64,000 bases of DNA from the NCBI GenBank assembly GCA_964016885.1, contig OZ024743.1, positions 339,760,001 to 339,824,000 of the forward strand. The letters are read 5' to 3'. The translations under genes were made by a program, and so were the position numbers. Below, one piece after another: positions 24,374 through 37,742 of this stretch. The notes beneath the pieces are model-generated. The model was not told the DNA's origin and did not search any database. It saw only the letters and a list, made by a program, of their open reading frames with translations. The DNA is from Eledone cirrhosa. Taxonomy: Eukaryota. Position 1 is the stretch's first letter; the number at the start of each line of letters is the position of its first letter.

Positions 24374-25686
24374 GTGAGTAATTCTACCTCCAGCACTTGC
24401 TGCTACATTGGTGACTTCCAACTACTCTAGTTCTCTCATTTATGACAACACTCTTCATTTCAATTTGATCGTTTCCCTTGCCCACTTACCTCCCTATCAT
24501 ACACCCTACAACCATTAGTTGCTGATACTGTCTGCACTGCATGCTTTCTTGATCATTGTATTTACATATTACATACAACCTCGTAGAGTACTTGTCATTT
24601 TACTCCAGGCTTTTCTCTATCTCCCATTTTTGTACCAATACAACATTCGCTAGAATTTTCTATGTAACTCTCTTATTTATAGCTTTATTCGCGTGTTTTT
24701 TTTTCTTTCTCCTTAATTATATGTTCATACACGCCTAACTGATAATGATGTTTATAATTGAGTAAATAAACTTGGCCAATAATGATAAATAAATAATGAT
24801 AATTTAATAATAATGGTTTCTGATTTAGGTCAGTAATTTTAGTAGAAGGGGAAAATTGATTATATTAACTACTGAAAGACGAAAAGCAAAGTTGACCTCG
24901 ACGAGATTTGAACTCAAAGCATAAAGGGCTGTAACTAAATACAGCAAGGCATTGTGTATTACGCCGCAAACCACACATTTTTGGGGAGAATGTTAGTCAA
25001 TACAAATTAATTCCACTACCATGTCTGGTACTTTAAATATAGGAAAAATTACAGGATTTGAACTCAGAATGTAAAGAGCCTGAACAAATACCGCGAGGTA
25101 TTTTGTCAACATTAACAATACTGCCAATCCTAACAATAATTATAATTGGATAATTATGCAGCTTACGTGAATTTCTGTTTTTGAACAATGATCTCTAACA
25201 CAAGAACACAGCCACACATTTTATTATGCTTTTCTTATGCAACAACAACATTACATGGAAGTAGAGAAAGCGATGTAAAAAGGTGTGTCTAAAATTAAAA
25301 GCTGATTTATTGTAACCCACTTCGAAATCAGTTTTATAGTTTTATAGTCGGTTGAATTATAGAGTGATTGATATCGAAAGGATAAAAAGCAAAGTCAACC
25401 CCAGCATAGTTGTTTTATTTATTTATTTATTTATTTTATGTTTATCTGATCCATTGATAACATTAAAAAGGTCCGACTTATTTGTACTTCCATGAAAACT
25501 ACTGGACTAAATATAATCATAAATACATTTATTTCAAACAACCATCTGTTTCTATTTTTCTCGCCAAACGCTAGAATTTTCCTCAACATGTGTGAGATTT
25601 TGATATTCCATCAAAGATGCAACACTTAAATTCTACCATTAGAATTCTCTTCGAATATTGATTAATAAGAATCATTTTTTAACGTG

Positions 25687-25724
<38 letters not shown>

Positions 25725-26659
25725 CACACAGAATTATTCAATTGCGAACTATCATTTCTCATTCGTTTCATACTCCATATAAATGTATACGTAGTTCGCC
25801 TCTTTGATTAAATTCTTCAATGTATTTATTGATTTGAAAAAAAAATGTACTAAGAGAAAAAGAATAAAAAAAAAAAATACCATGTATTTAATTTTCTAAA
25901 TTTTGAAATGGAAATTTACCTAAATCTATGAACTGCGCAGAGATATGTTATTTCCTTGAATATCATTCTGCTACATTCTAAATATTACTTATTGCCTTGT
26001 TTACGACGTCGTTGACGAGGCTTCGATTAATGACAATAGATACCGTAGCTAAATATGTATGCGTAATCAATTAAAATCACTACGAATTTAAAATAGGAAA
26101 ACCCTTCAAATATCTTTAAAATTGCTCTTTATACGACTGGTTAGACTTGTTTAACTTTGTATCTGCATAAAGTAAATAACCTTTATACAAGTCGTAAAGC
26201 AAAAACATATTTTTTTAAGGATATGCAGGGCTTACATTATCTAACGTGTCTTTTTATTTATTTATTTTTTTATTTTTTTAAAGATGGTATGGTTTGGTTG
26301 GAAGAATTTCGCAGTTCTAACAGGCCGAACAACCTCGTAGAGGATCTTTCTGTTATAAACATTTTTGTTGCCATTATATAGGCAAGTACTGGGAAGGGGT
26401 CGTCGAAATAATACGCCAGAACCCCCCCCCCCCCCCCCCCCCCAAGGAAAAAAGGAATCGCTGGCCCTGTGTCAATATTAGAAATAATTATTATATAATG
26501 ATTTATATTAGGGGGGGGGGGGAATAGTAAATATTACTGTCAAATACATATGCGTAACTATTTATTTGTGCATGATTTTTTTAAAAACGAGACCGAAGTA
26601 AACAGGCAGGTTTTCAAAAAGAAAGATCATGCAAAGAACAAATATTCACGCTAAAGAAC

Positions 26660-27690
26660 ATCAATGAGCAATCACTGGAGTATAGAACCCTAGTAGTGAT
26701 AAATCTTCCAGATCGTTATATCAAAATTTTAAGTCACTTTATCAAGATTCAAGTTGTTTGTAAAAAACAGAATTAGTTCTTTTCAATCTTATCGGGAGTG
26801 GAGCAGGAGTGTATCCTATCCTCATTATTTTTCTTGATAATCTTGGATTATATTCTGAGAAAGTCCTTGGATACCTATGCACATGGCTTAAAATGGGGGC
26901 AGAGTAAAACCGGCAGACTTAGACTTTGTTGATGACGGACATTCTCACCAACAATTACACAGAAATGCTGACGATGACAAATGCCCTGGTTAAAACAGCT
27001 GAAAAAGTTGACTTGAGAGTAAATATATTAAAAACAAAATGACAGCAGATTGCCTGCAGTGAAGTATATGAAGTTTCAGTGAATGGGAAAAAGGTAGAAG
27101 AGGTTCAACACTTGACATATCTTGGTATTGTTCAGAAAGCAGATGGCAATACTGAAGTTGACATAAAACAAAGGATAGCCAAAGGTGCTGGAGTATTCAA
27201 CAAACTCCAATCAATATGGTAATCAAAGAAGTTCACATTACAAACGAAATTTAGGTTATTCTGGTCAATTGTTATTTCAGCAACAGCCTATGCTGCTGAC
27301 ACATGGAAGAGTACTGCCTGAACTGAAAACAGCTTGATACTTTCCAACAAAGATACCTCCAAAAGAGCCTGGGTATTAGATGGCAAGACAAGATGACAAA
27401 CAAAGATGTGCTTCGAAGAGCAAATGCCATGTATCTGAGTCTTGTTATCAAGAGCAAAAGTATGTTGCAGGCAGGGCATGTCCTATGAATGGGGGACAAT
27501 ATACCAGCAAGAAGTGCAATTGTATGGTTGCTAAGCTGGTGGGAAAAGACCAAAGAAAGACTTGGAGATCCACCCTAAAAAATGACCTGCAAAGGTGTGG
27601 CATAAACTAGTTTCAAACACCAGCCCTTGCCAGAGATGGAAGAGCATAGTGGCCCTTTGCCATGGGGCTGGAGGAACCAGATGACCAGAT
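26660..27690 (+). mobile_element. RTE-like LINE RT/3' fragment in STX16 intron 1
   Basis: GVEQECILS..F..ILDYILRK, DLDFVDD, GLRVN..KTK-like, TYLG, DIKQRIAK, AGHVL. Many stops. Confidence 0.7.
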
Positions 27691-27934
27691 TTAAAAGAAA
27701 ATGTTTCTTTATAGTTCTTCAATTATGACTGAACTACATGTCCACAATAATTCAACAAAAGCTGTATTTTTGTCACACCTGCCGTGTTAAATTGCTTCAA
27801 TTCATTTATTTAATCAATATTTGATATTTTCAAAAGGCTGGTCACCTGACCAATCTTGCCTCAAGTGGGACAATCCTGTCTAACCCATACTAGCATGGAA
27901 GATGGACATTAAACGATGATGATGATGATAATAT

Positions 27935-30480
27935 CATCATCATCATTTTTACATCTGTTTTTCCATGTTCACATGAGTTGGATGAGTCCTTTTCAACGCA
28001 GCATCTCTCCTCTTGTCACATTCCTTTGTCATCTGTGAGGCTCAGTGATTTGAGGTCAGCTCTCACCACCTCTGTCCAGGTCTTTCTTAGGCTACCTCTA
28101 CTGTAGCGTCCTTCTACTGGCATTCCTTGGCACTTCTTCACTCGGCGATCATCATCCATGTCCGTACCAACACAGTCTTCTCTCTTGCACACCTCTTCAA
28201 ATTCCTCTTAAACCGAGTTTCTCCCTCAGTTTACTGAGGCTCTGCCTTTCTTTCAAATTTACATTGCAAATCCAATGAAGCATGTTAGCTTCATTTCTCT
28301 CTAGCCTATGCATGTCCTCTGCAATCACTGCCCATGTTTTGCTACCATGCAGCATAACATTTGAACACAGGCATCATATAGCCATCCTTTTGTATGTAAG
28401 GAGAACATTTTTATTGTCAACAGTAGGATTAGCTCTCTAAACTTCTATCCTTATTCTAACTATTATGCTCTTGGAGCACCCTCCACCACTGCTGATTGTG
28501 TTACCTAGATAGCAGAAGCTATCAACCACTTCTATGGAGCTTTCATGTGATTGGAAAAGGTTCATATCACTGACACTCTTTTCGATTACCCTTATGCATC
28601 TTTTACATACAAAGTCTTTCTTACCTTTTAGTCTACCTGATATCACACTACTTCTCTTGCGTACTCAAGATTTACATTCTGTACATCATATAGAGTTTAT
28701 GCCTACTTCTTTTCTACATATTGAGCAGGGTCACTTCTTTGAAGGAATCAGTCCTATCTTCTTTCCTACTTACTAGCACTTTAGTTTTAGCTAAGTTTAC
28801 TATCAGCTTTTTTATTCCAATTTCTGTTTCCATGGTCGAAACTTATTCTCTAGTTTTTTTATGGATTCAGCTATAAGAATTGTCATTCGCATGGAGAAAT
28901 TCCCATGAACAGCCAGTCTTAAGCTCCTTTGTTATGGCCTGGAGATTTATGAGGACCAGCAATGGGCTGAGAACTGAACCCTGGTGAACTACCTGCATCT
29001 TGAATTCCTCATTGAACTCACTACCTACTCTCACTTTACTGACAGCTACTCTGTACATGATTTGCATTGCTCTCACAAGCCATTCTTCTACACCTAATTT
29101 TCTTAAGCACCACCAAATAATAGATTGAGGTACTCAGTCAAAGGCCTTTTCTAGATCAACAAAAGCTCTTGGTCCATTAGTTTTATTTTCGGTAGTTGCT
29201 CCTTTCTAGAATATCACCTTTGCTCCTGTAGCAATTTATGATAGTACTGCTACACCAGTCATTGGGTATGACTCCTTCCTGTATTACCTGATTGACTATG
29301 CAGGTTACTAGTTCAACTTCTCCCGATGCTTTTAATATCTCGGCAACTATCACTGATGACCCTGCAGCTTTACCTTTCTTCATCTCCTTGATTGCTTCTT
29401 TGACCCTATAACTGTCAATTTCAGTAGCTGGTCTCTATGTTGTGTAATATTGGGGTAGTTTCTCTTCCTCCTGTTCATTCTCTACATTCATCAGCCTCTC
29501 ATAGTAACATTTGCAGGCCTCTTTCTTTTGAGCATCAGTGGTGCAGAACATGTCCCTGGTCCTCACATTGCAAAACATTAGCAAACTTTCTTTTTTCAGC
29601 TTCTTTCCAAGCTATACATACCCATCGTCTAGTTCTTCTCTTAGCTACCTGGTACTGCTCTCTGCTACCCTCATTTTTCCAGTCTTTACACATCTGCCTC
29701 TTTGCTTCAATTGCTCTATCCACTGTGCTGTCCCACCACCAGATCATCCTCTGCCTGGCTAGTGCTATGATCTAGCCACAAGTTTCATCAGTATTTTGCA
29801 ATAGGTTGTCACATAAGAATTTCCAATTGTCCTCCATGTCATATGTACCTAACCCATCTCCCCTCTCATCAAATGCATCTCATAGGACCTTTCTAAAGCT
29901 ATATTTAACAGAAAGGTCTTTTAGCTTTGAAACCTTCCATCGTCATATTTTTCTGCATGTCTTGTTCCATCTTGTGTTTATCCTGTTGTCACTAATAATT
30001 AACCTGTGTTGGGCCACACATTCTTCTCCAGGAAAGCCTTAGCTTTACTGTTTGTCTATCTCATCTTACAAGAAAGAAATCAATCTGGCTAGTGTGTTCA
30101 CCTGATTGTTGTGTGATCAGGTGGTTGGCCGATTTCCTGAAATTTGTGTTGTAAATGGTTAGTTTATTTGCATCACAAAATTCCAGGAGCCTCACTCCCT
30201 CTTCATTTCTTGAGTAATAACCCCAACTTCCATGAACTCCAGTGAATCCATCCTAATACTGTCCAACATGCCTATTGAAGTCACTGCCAAGATGATGAGG
30301 TTTCTTTCATCAGTAATTGAGGTAGTCAGTAATAGTTCCTCATAGAACCTGACCTTTTGTTTTTTACTCGGTCCCTCTTGTGGTGCATAGAGAGATATAA
30401 TTGTCACTATTCTATTTCCTACCATTATTCTAAGCTTGATAATTCTGTCACTTGCTCTGTTACCTTTTCTATCCATTCCT
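27935..30480 (-). mobile_element. RTE-clade LINE, large degenerate ORF (EN + RT + Cys-rich insert) with (GAT)n tail
   Basis: SDRIIKLR..IISLYAPQ, WWWDSTV, KAAG.S..VAE.LKASG, VHQGSVLSPLL, WEFLHAND, DSFCYLG..ISSGGGC, MLHGS.TW. Confidence 0.85.
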
Positions 30481-31479
30481 CAGCAAACATATACATATTC
30501 CACAAGTATAAAGCTAGATATAGTTAAGATAGCTAGCCTTTCCTTCTCTTAGCAGCAACTCAACATTAGATTGGTTAGCAGACTTTTCCAGCATTTGTGT
30601 CTATATTTGTGCATATAATATATGTATATATATACACCCATCTTGCTTCACGGTGTACTGAATACGTTTTATCATGACATTAGTATTAGGGAGATTGTCA
30701 TGTTTTTGACACACTAAAGACTCTTTGTTTGACAAATTTTCTATAGCTGGATGTTCTTCCTATTACCAACCACTCTACAAAGTGTACTGGGTGCATTTAC
30801 ACCAATGCTAGATAGGTTGTTTTGCCCTTGATGCAACTAAAGAATACTCTCAACCTTTTTTTGAGCATTGTTTCTACAGCTGGATGCCTTTCCTATCAAT
30901 AACTATTTCACAGTGTGTACTGGCTATATTTCTCATAGCACCAACACTAGAGGTTGCTGTGCCATGACTGAAGTGTTATGTCCACTCAACCCTTTTTAGC
31001 ATGATTTCTATGACTGGAAGCCATTCCTAACACAGACTACTTTACAGAGTATACTAGGTGCATCTTATCATGGGACCTGTAGTAGTGAGGTTGTTGTCAT
31101 TGACTCAACTGAAGAACCTTCTTTACTTCATGGCATGATGATATGTCGCAAGTGAGTCATGTTCATTTTTTTTTTGGGGGGGGGGGGGGGGGGTAAGGAT
31201 GATGATAGGTATAATTTAATGAGTAAATGACAATAGGTGGGAGAGGGGAAGTGGGAGTCACAAGTATGTCATGTGACAGGTGTAGTGGGGTTTAAAGATG
31301 ATGTGTAAGAAGGAAGGGGATGAACCTGAATAGCAGGGGTGGGGGTAGTGTGATGAGAGCAATTTCTAAAGCTATGACTGGCACGATGGGGTTTAAAAGG
31401 GGGTTGGAATGATCTTGTATAGTACAGTGATTGGGGGGGGGGGGCTTCCTATGGAGTGATGGGTGGGTCTGGTCACATT

Positions 31480-32260
31480 CATATTTTTGTATACTGCTGA
31501 TGTTATCTTCTCCAATACTGCATATTGCCAATCTTTGTTATCTATTGTCTTCACTAACATAAGATTCCTAAGGCTGGTTTTCACCACTTCATCCTATGCC
31601 TTCTCTGGTCCACGACTCCCATCCAGAGATCTCTCTGTACTTCTTTTTATTGCTGGATTCTTCCATATGTATCAAATACCCAATCTTCTCTCTTGCACAC
31701 TACATCCAATTCCACTTATATCTAGTTTTTCTCTTAGTTCACATATACTAACATTACACATCCTCTGAACCATACATGCTTAATTTTTTCCCTACCTTTG
31801 CAGATCTGCAGTCAAGGCCCTCATTTTATTGCCATGCAATATTGTAGTTCACACACAGCCTAAGCCCTTTGTTGTCCACATGAGTATTAGCTCCCTAAAC
31901 TTCTTCCAGCCCAATCTTTCTCTAACTATTACACTTTCAAAGCATCCTCCTTCCCTGATTAGGTCATCTAGATAAACAATATTAACAACTTTTAAAAAGC
32001 CCCTCGGAGGAATTTATTTCACGTGTGTTCTTCATGCTTATTAGTCCTTTACATCTGTTGCATACAAAGTCTACCTTCTCTCTTGATCTGCTTGTAATCC
32101 CACAACATCTCTTTGCTAAGTTTTCTTTTGGGCCTTTCAATTCTAGATTTTAATTCCATGTCAGGAACTTCACCTCTAACTCTTCCACATGTTCAGGTAT
32201 AAGGGCTGGATCATCAGCATAAAGGAGCTCACATAGACTGCTTGTTATAAACTTCTTGTT
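31480..32260 (-). mobile_element. RTE-clade LINE 3' fragment
   Basis: ELLYADD.ALI.E..EELE.KF..W and the same C-terminal motifs as the other copies. Confidence 0.7.
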
Positions 32261-32735
32261 ATGGCCTGAATAACTATGATATGCAAAAGTGGATGAGGCC
32301 TGACCCCTGATGGACTCCAACTTGCACCTTAAATTCATTACTGTATTCATTGCCAACTCTCCTTTCCCACCAGTTTGGGACAGCCTGGAAAGGGTCATGG
32401 GCATTGCACTTCTTTCTCTTTATAATCACATTAAGGGGTTTTAATTTTGTTTTGTTGAAGTGTAGATGGGGTGTGATAGATAACTATTTCATTAGATATA
32501 TGTAGAGATTGGGTCTCAGTATTGTTGGAAAAGGTTACATTGTCATAAGTGAAGAATATAATCAATCTTTTTTTTACACTTCCCCTCTCCATCCTCTATT
32601 CCCTGTATTTCACATTGTCTCTTTTTCTTCGCTTTTCCACCCTCTTCCTTCTCTTCGTTTTGTCTTCTATTTCTCTCTCTTTCTCTCTTTGGATTCAGTT
32701 GATTTTTTACATTTGAAAATGTCTTCTTTTTACAG

Positions 32736-32830
32736 GTTGCTGATGACCGTATGGCTCTTGTGGCCAACTCCCAAATGGATTTGGAGTTGGGACTCAACAG
32801 CACTAAGGCAGCACGACTGCCTCCAGTATG
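32736..32830 (+). CDS. STX16: Syntaxin-16 exon 2
   Basis: ttttacag| VADDRMALVANSQMDLELGLNSTKAARLPPV(W) compares with human LADDRMALV..PPKW. Donor TG|GTAAAC. 95 nt. Confidence 0.92.
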
Positions 32831-35623
32831 GTAAACATCTTTTTTTTCATACCCCAAAAAACTTCCTATAAGATGTTACCTTGTAGAAGACCAGCTAAAC
32901 GTACATAGGTGTGAGCTGAGGCAACATTACAGGACTGTGGCTCCTATCATTAAAAAACCCAAGAAACCTCCTATTCAATGCAGCCTTGTAGGAGGCCAGC
33001 TAAGCCTATATAGGTATCAGCTGTAACAACAATATATGTGTATGTGTATATATATATATATATATGTGTGTTGGGATTAGGCCCCCTATCATTAATTAAA
33101 ACACCCAAGAAACCTCCTCTAGATGCAATCTCCTTAGAATTCTGCTAAACCTAGATAGGTGTGAGCTGTACCAACAACAGATATGATTTGCAAAAATGCA
33201 ACAATAACAAGCTGCAGCATTGCAGAACATCAACTCACTATCAAAAATAATCATTCCTGGAAGGTCTCTTGGTAGTATTCCAGATGTCAACTGGCATCAA
33301 ATTAAATTTATGACTACTTGTCAAAAATATATCAAGGATATTATTGTGATCCATTCAATGTGAGGTGTGTATGCTGAATGTGATGTGTATGACATGATTC
33401 ACAGAATGACAAGAAATGGTCAATGATTGAAAGCAGCAAAAGACAGACCTTTGAAGAAAGCTTTTGACAGGATAAAACTTGTGAACTGACATAAATGTTT
33501 ACCATATCTCCAGGATGGTAAACATCTTTATATTCACTAAACGGCTACTATTGTTAGATAAATAAAATAATTAAGAAATCTGTAATAACTCTTTCTAATA
33601 TTGGTTCAAGGCCAGCATTTTGAGAAAGAGGGAAATGGATTATATTGGCTGCAGTACCATATTTTATCAACCACAGAAGGATGAAAGGCAGAATTAACCA
33701 TGGCAGTGTTTTAACTCAGAACGTAGGAAGCCATAACTAAATTCTGCAAAGGATTTTGTCTGACACTACTGATTCTGCCAATCCATCACCCTAAATAGAT
33801 CAGTAATAATAATAATATTTCTCAAATCCCTGCCATTGGCAATTTTACTTTTCATCCTTACAGGGTTGATGTAATTGATTATACTCTTCTGCTCAAATTT
33901 GTAGCCTTGTGCTTATGTTAAGAATCTGTATTGTTTTATTAGATTCTTTAGAGTATTGGACAAAATATCTTGCAGTATTTAGTTGCAGCCCTTTAGGTTT
34001 TGAGTTGAAATTTCATCAAGGTCAACTTTGCCTTTCATCCTTCAAGTACTGGGGATAATTTAATCAGCTATAATCATCTCACAAAGTCGAGGCCTTGAGT
34101 TTATGTTAAAAATCATTATTATAAGGGCAGCAATGAATGACAGAAATCAGAACATTGTGGTATTTAGAATTCTCAGTATAAACTTTAATTTCTGTAATTT
34201 CAGAAATATTGATTTCGCAATATAGAAGAAACATAATAATAATCAATTCTAATATGTGCACGGAACCAGAAATTCTGCGAGGGGTATCCCTTGACAGAAT
34301 TTCTGTATTGATGAAACTGACGCCAATCCTTGACTGGTACTATTTTATTGATTCAAGAAGGATGAAAGGCAAAATGAACCATGGCAATATTTGAATCCAA
34401 AGTGTAAAAAGCCAGTACAAATACAGCAATGCATTTTTGTCTGATGCTCTAATGATTCTGTCAAACGACTGCTCTATGTAGGAGGCTGCTTTTGGTTACA
34501 GTGGCAGGTTCTGTTCATGTTGTTATTATGGGGATTGCAGTTGTTGCTGGGTTAGAAACCTCACAAGCCTTTTTTTTTTATCCTCTGCTATAGGTGACCT
34601 CTGAGTCTTCTCCCTTCCATCACCACAAATTTATGTATATGATACCTTAACCTAATCCTTCTACAACCACAAACTGCTGAGTGCCATTTAATAGCTTGAT
34701 CAAGTCAAGGATGTTTTTGTGATATGGCTCAGGAACACCATTCCTATGTTCTGACTTATACCATGGTATAACCTGTGCCTATCAAAATATCTTCTACAAG
34801 CCATCACATGTTATTTCTGGTAGCATATCAAATACCATCACCTTCATCTTACATTGGCCTATGTACAGCAGAACAAACATTTTTCATCTCCTCCACTCCT
34901 GAACGAGTCCTCTAATTTCTCTTTTATAATTCTATTCCCTTTTGCTTTTGTTGCACCCTTGTTGCTCTTGTGATTTTGCCAGCTAGTGCTGTGGAATTAA
35001 GTGGTGAATATAGCAAGGACTATAAAGTTATTATTTGTTTCATAGTAAGATAAAGGGTCAAAACTGGGGTATATCTAGTATGGTGAACCTGTAAATTGCA
35101 ATTAAATATTTAACTGTTTATTTCTCCACATCATAGTGTTGGTTGACCAGCAACATCTTCGATTTTATTTTCGTTTTCTTCCTTCCAAATTGTTGCAGTG
35201 TCAGATAAACCAAAACACCAATTTCCATCTACTTACGCGTGTTAACTCTTTTGTTTACAATATTTTTAATGAAATACACTGCCTACAATTTTGAATCATT
35301 TTGAATATGGAGTAATTTCGTAATATATCTAACTCATTCTTAAGCTAGTATTGGGGGCATAACTTAACAAAAGTTTTTACATAAAATCATGATGGACAGT
35401 TTTTAGATATAAATACTTTAGAATAAACTGCTTTGTATCATAGAGCCAGGAACAGCTTCAGATGGTTTGGTATCAAAGAGGAATCAAGCATTTTACTTTT
35501 ATCAGTAACTGTTTAGAGTAATTATTTTGAATACTTCTGTTGAAATTTCAATTATGTCAGATTCCTCTTTTATATTACAAAGGTATGCTAAAAGGTTTCC
35601 TAAAACTTTTCAGCACTATCTTG

Positions 35624-35667
<44 letters not shown>

Positions 35668-36199
35668 GATGCAAGACAAACCACAACAGAAACACAAACC
35701 CTCCATCTCAATTTTACTTTTGAAAATCATAAGAACTGTGAAACAAGTAAAGTAATCATCATCATCATCGTTTAACGTCTATCTTCTACGCTAGCATGAG
35801 TTAGACGGGAATTGTCCCACTTGAGGCAAGATTGGTCGGGTGACTGTGTCTCGCTCATATAGGACTGTCTGGCAGGTTTTCTACGGCTGGATGCCCTTCC
35901 TAACACCAACCACATTTACAGTGTGGTCTGGGAGGTTTTTACCGTGTTACCTACCCAGCCTACATTACAGCGTGGACTGTGTGTTTTTTGTCGTGACACC
36001 TACACAACCTCATTAGTTTGGATTGGATGTTGTGGTACCAACATAACTTTACACAGAAAGGGTGGTGTTGGTGGGAGTGGGAGGGTGGAGTAGGGGTAGT
36101 GAGTCGGGGTGTATATTTGGTTAAGAGGTGCCTACTGACTGTAGGTTTCGCTTTGTACATAGGCAAGGCGGGTCTTCTGTATTACTGAGGGGCGCCAAA

Positions 36200-36990
36200 G
36201 ATCTCGGTCCAGTGACATTGTCTTAGAAAGATGCAAGTGTGTAAGGTCGGAATTTATCAAATCGTCCCCGTGTTTTTCTGGGTCTACCTACTCCGTAACT
36301 TCCACCAATTTTGATCGCCCTGCACTTTTTTGTACAGCTGTCGTCTTTCATGCGCATCACGTGACCATACCAACGTAGTCTTCTCTCAAGTAAACAGCAT
36401 CTGATCCCTCTTATTTCTAATTTCTCACTTAGTTCATTTATGTTTTGCCGTTCACGTATATTACTATTACACATCCAACGGAGCATGCATGCTTCATTCC
36501 TCTCCACTCTGTGCAGGTCCTCTGCACACAATGCCCATGTCTCACTGCCATGTAACATTGCTGTTTGTATAAATATAAAATCTACGTTCTTAGATAGCTT
36601 ACCTGTGATCCCACTACATCTTTTATGTACCCATAGTTTGCATTTGACATAAAATGGAATTTCTACCTACTCCTTTCCTACACACTGAGCATGGCCATTT
36701 CCCAGAGGGCACCTGTGCCCTATTTTCCTTTTTACATACTAGAACTTTAGTCTTAGACAAGTTAACTTTAAGGCCTTTTGATTCTAGGCCATGTTTCCAT
36801 GTTTGGAATTTCTTCTCTAGTTCAGCCATGGATTCAGCTATGAGAGTTAGATCATCTGAGTATAGAAGTTCCTATGGGCAGCCGGTCTTAAACTCCTCTG
36901 TTATAGCCTGAAGGGCAATAATAAATAGGAAGGGGCTAAGGACAGAGCCTTGATGAACACCAACTTTTATGCTAAATTCTTCACTATGTA
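36200..36990 (-). mobile_element. RTE-clade LINE 3' fragment with internal deletion
   Basis: GVHQGSVLSP, GLESKGLKVNLSKTK, GKWPCSVCRKGVGRNSI, MLHGSETW, RRLRWYGHVMRM, GRPRKT. Confidence 0.85.
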
Positions 36991-37098
36991 AATAAATAAA
37001 TATTCTTAAAAGACTCCAGTTGCATTTTCAATTTCTTTTCCTTATACATTCACTTGTGTGGGACATCTCTTTTTAAAAAAAACCTTCATTTTCTGACG

Positions 37099-37143
<45 letters not shown>

Positions 37144-37152
37144 GTGTGTGTA

Positions 37153-37326
37153 TCAGGGTGCTGAAAAGTTCCTGGCTTAAGGGTAGAGCTGTTACCTTTA
37201 CAGGGGAAGTAGGATCGCTGTAATAAGTGTGTGAATCTGAGAGGGGAATATGTTAAATAAAATCGTAATTAACTAATCTACCTGTATTTTCTTTTACCCA
37301 AAACCAGGAACTTTTCAGCACCCCAG
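37153..37326 (+). mobile_element. Mariner-derived MITE
   Basis: TIRs GGGTGCTGAAAAGTTCCTGG / CCAGGAACTTTTCAGCACCC flanked by TA on both sides. The interior encodes KCVNLRGEYVK*, a mariner transposase C-terminus. Confidence 0.8.
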
Positions 37327-37377
37327 TATATATACATACAAGGTAGTTCTGAAAAGTTTTAGGAAACTTTATATATA

Positions 37378-37705
37378 TACATGGCTTAGTGGTTAGAGCA
37401 TTGGCCTTGCAATCGAAAGGTTGTGAGTTCAATTCTCAGACCGGGTGATGTGTTATTTCCTTGAGCAAGACACTTTATTTCATATTGCTCCAATTTACTA
37501 AGTTGTAGAAATGATAGGGACTGGGGTCCATATCATTCCACTGCAAAGTGGTCATGGAGGTGCCATGGCAAAAATGCACCCAGCACTCACTGTAAATGAG
37601 GTTGGTGTTAGGAAGGGCATCCAGCTGTAGAAATCAAGCCAGAATCGGTTCCTGTCCCACCCTTGCAAGCAGGGAAAAAGCGGATGTAAAATGAAATGAT
37701 GATGA

Positions 37706-37710
<5 letters not shown>
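37378..37710 (+). mobile_element. Second tRNA-derived SINE type (CORE-like centre) joined to an RTE-type 3' tail
   Basis: TGGCTTAGTGGTTAG box A, GAGTTCAATTC box B, CTTGAGCAAGACACTT core and (GAT)n tail. Related heads occur at ~18815 and ~54500. Confidence 0.65.
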
Positions 37711-37742
<32 letters not shown>

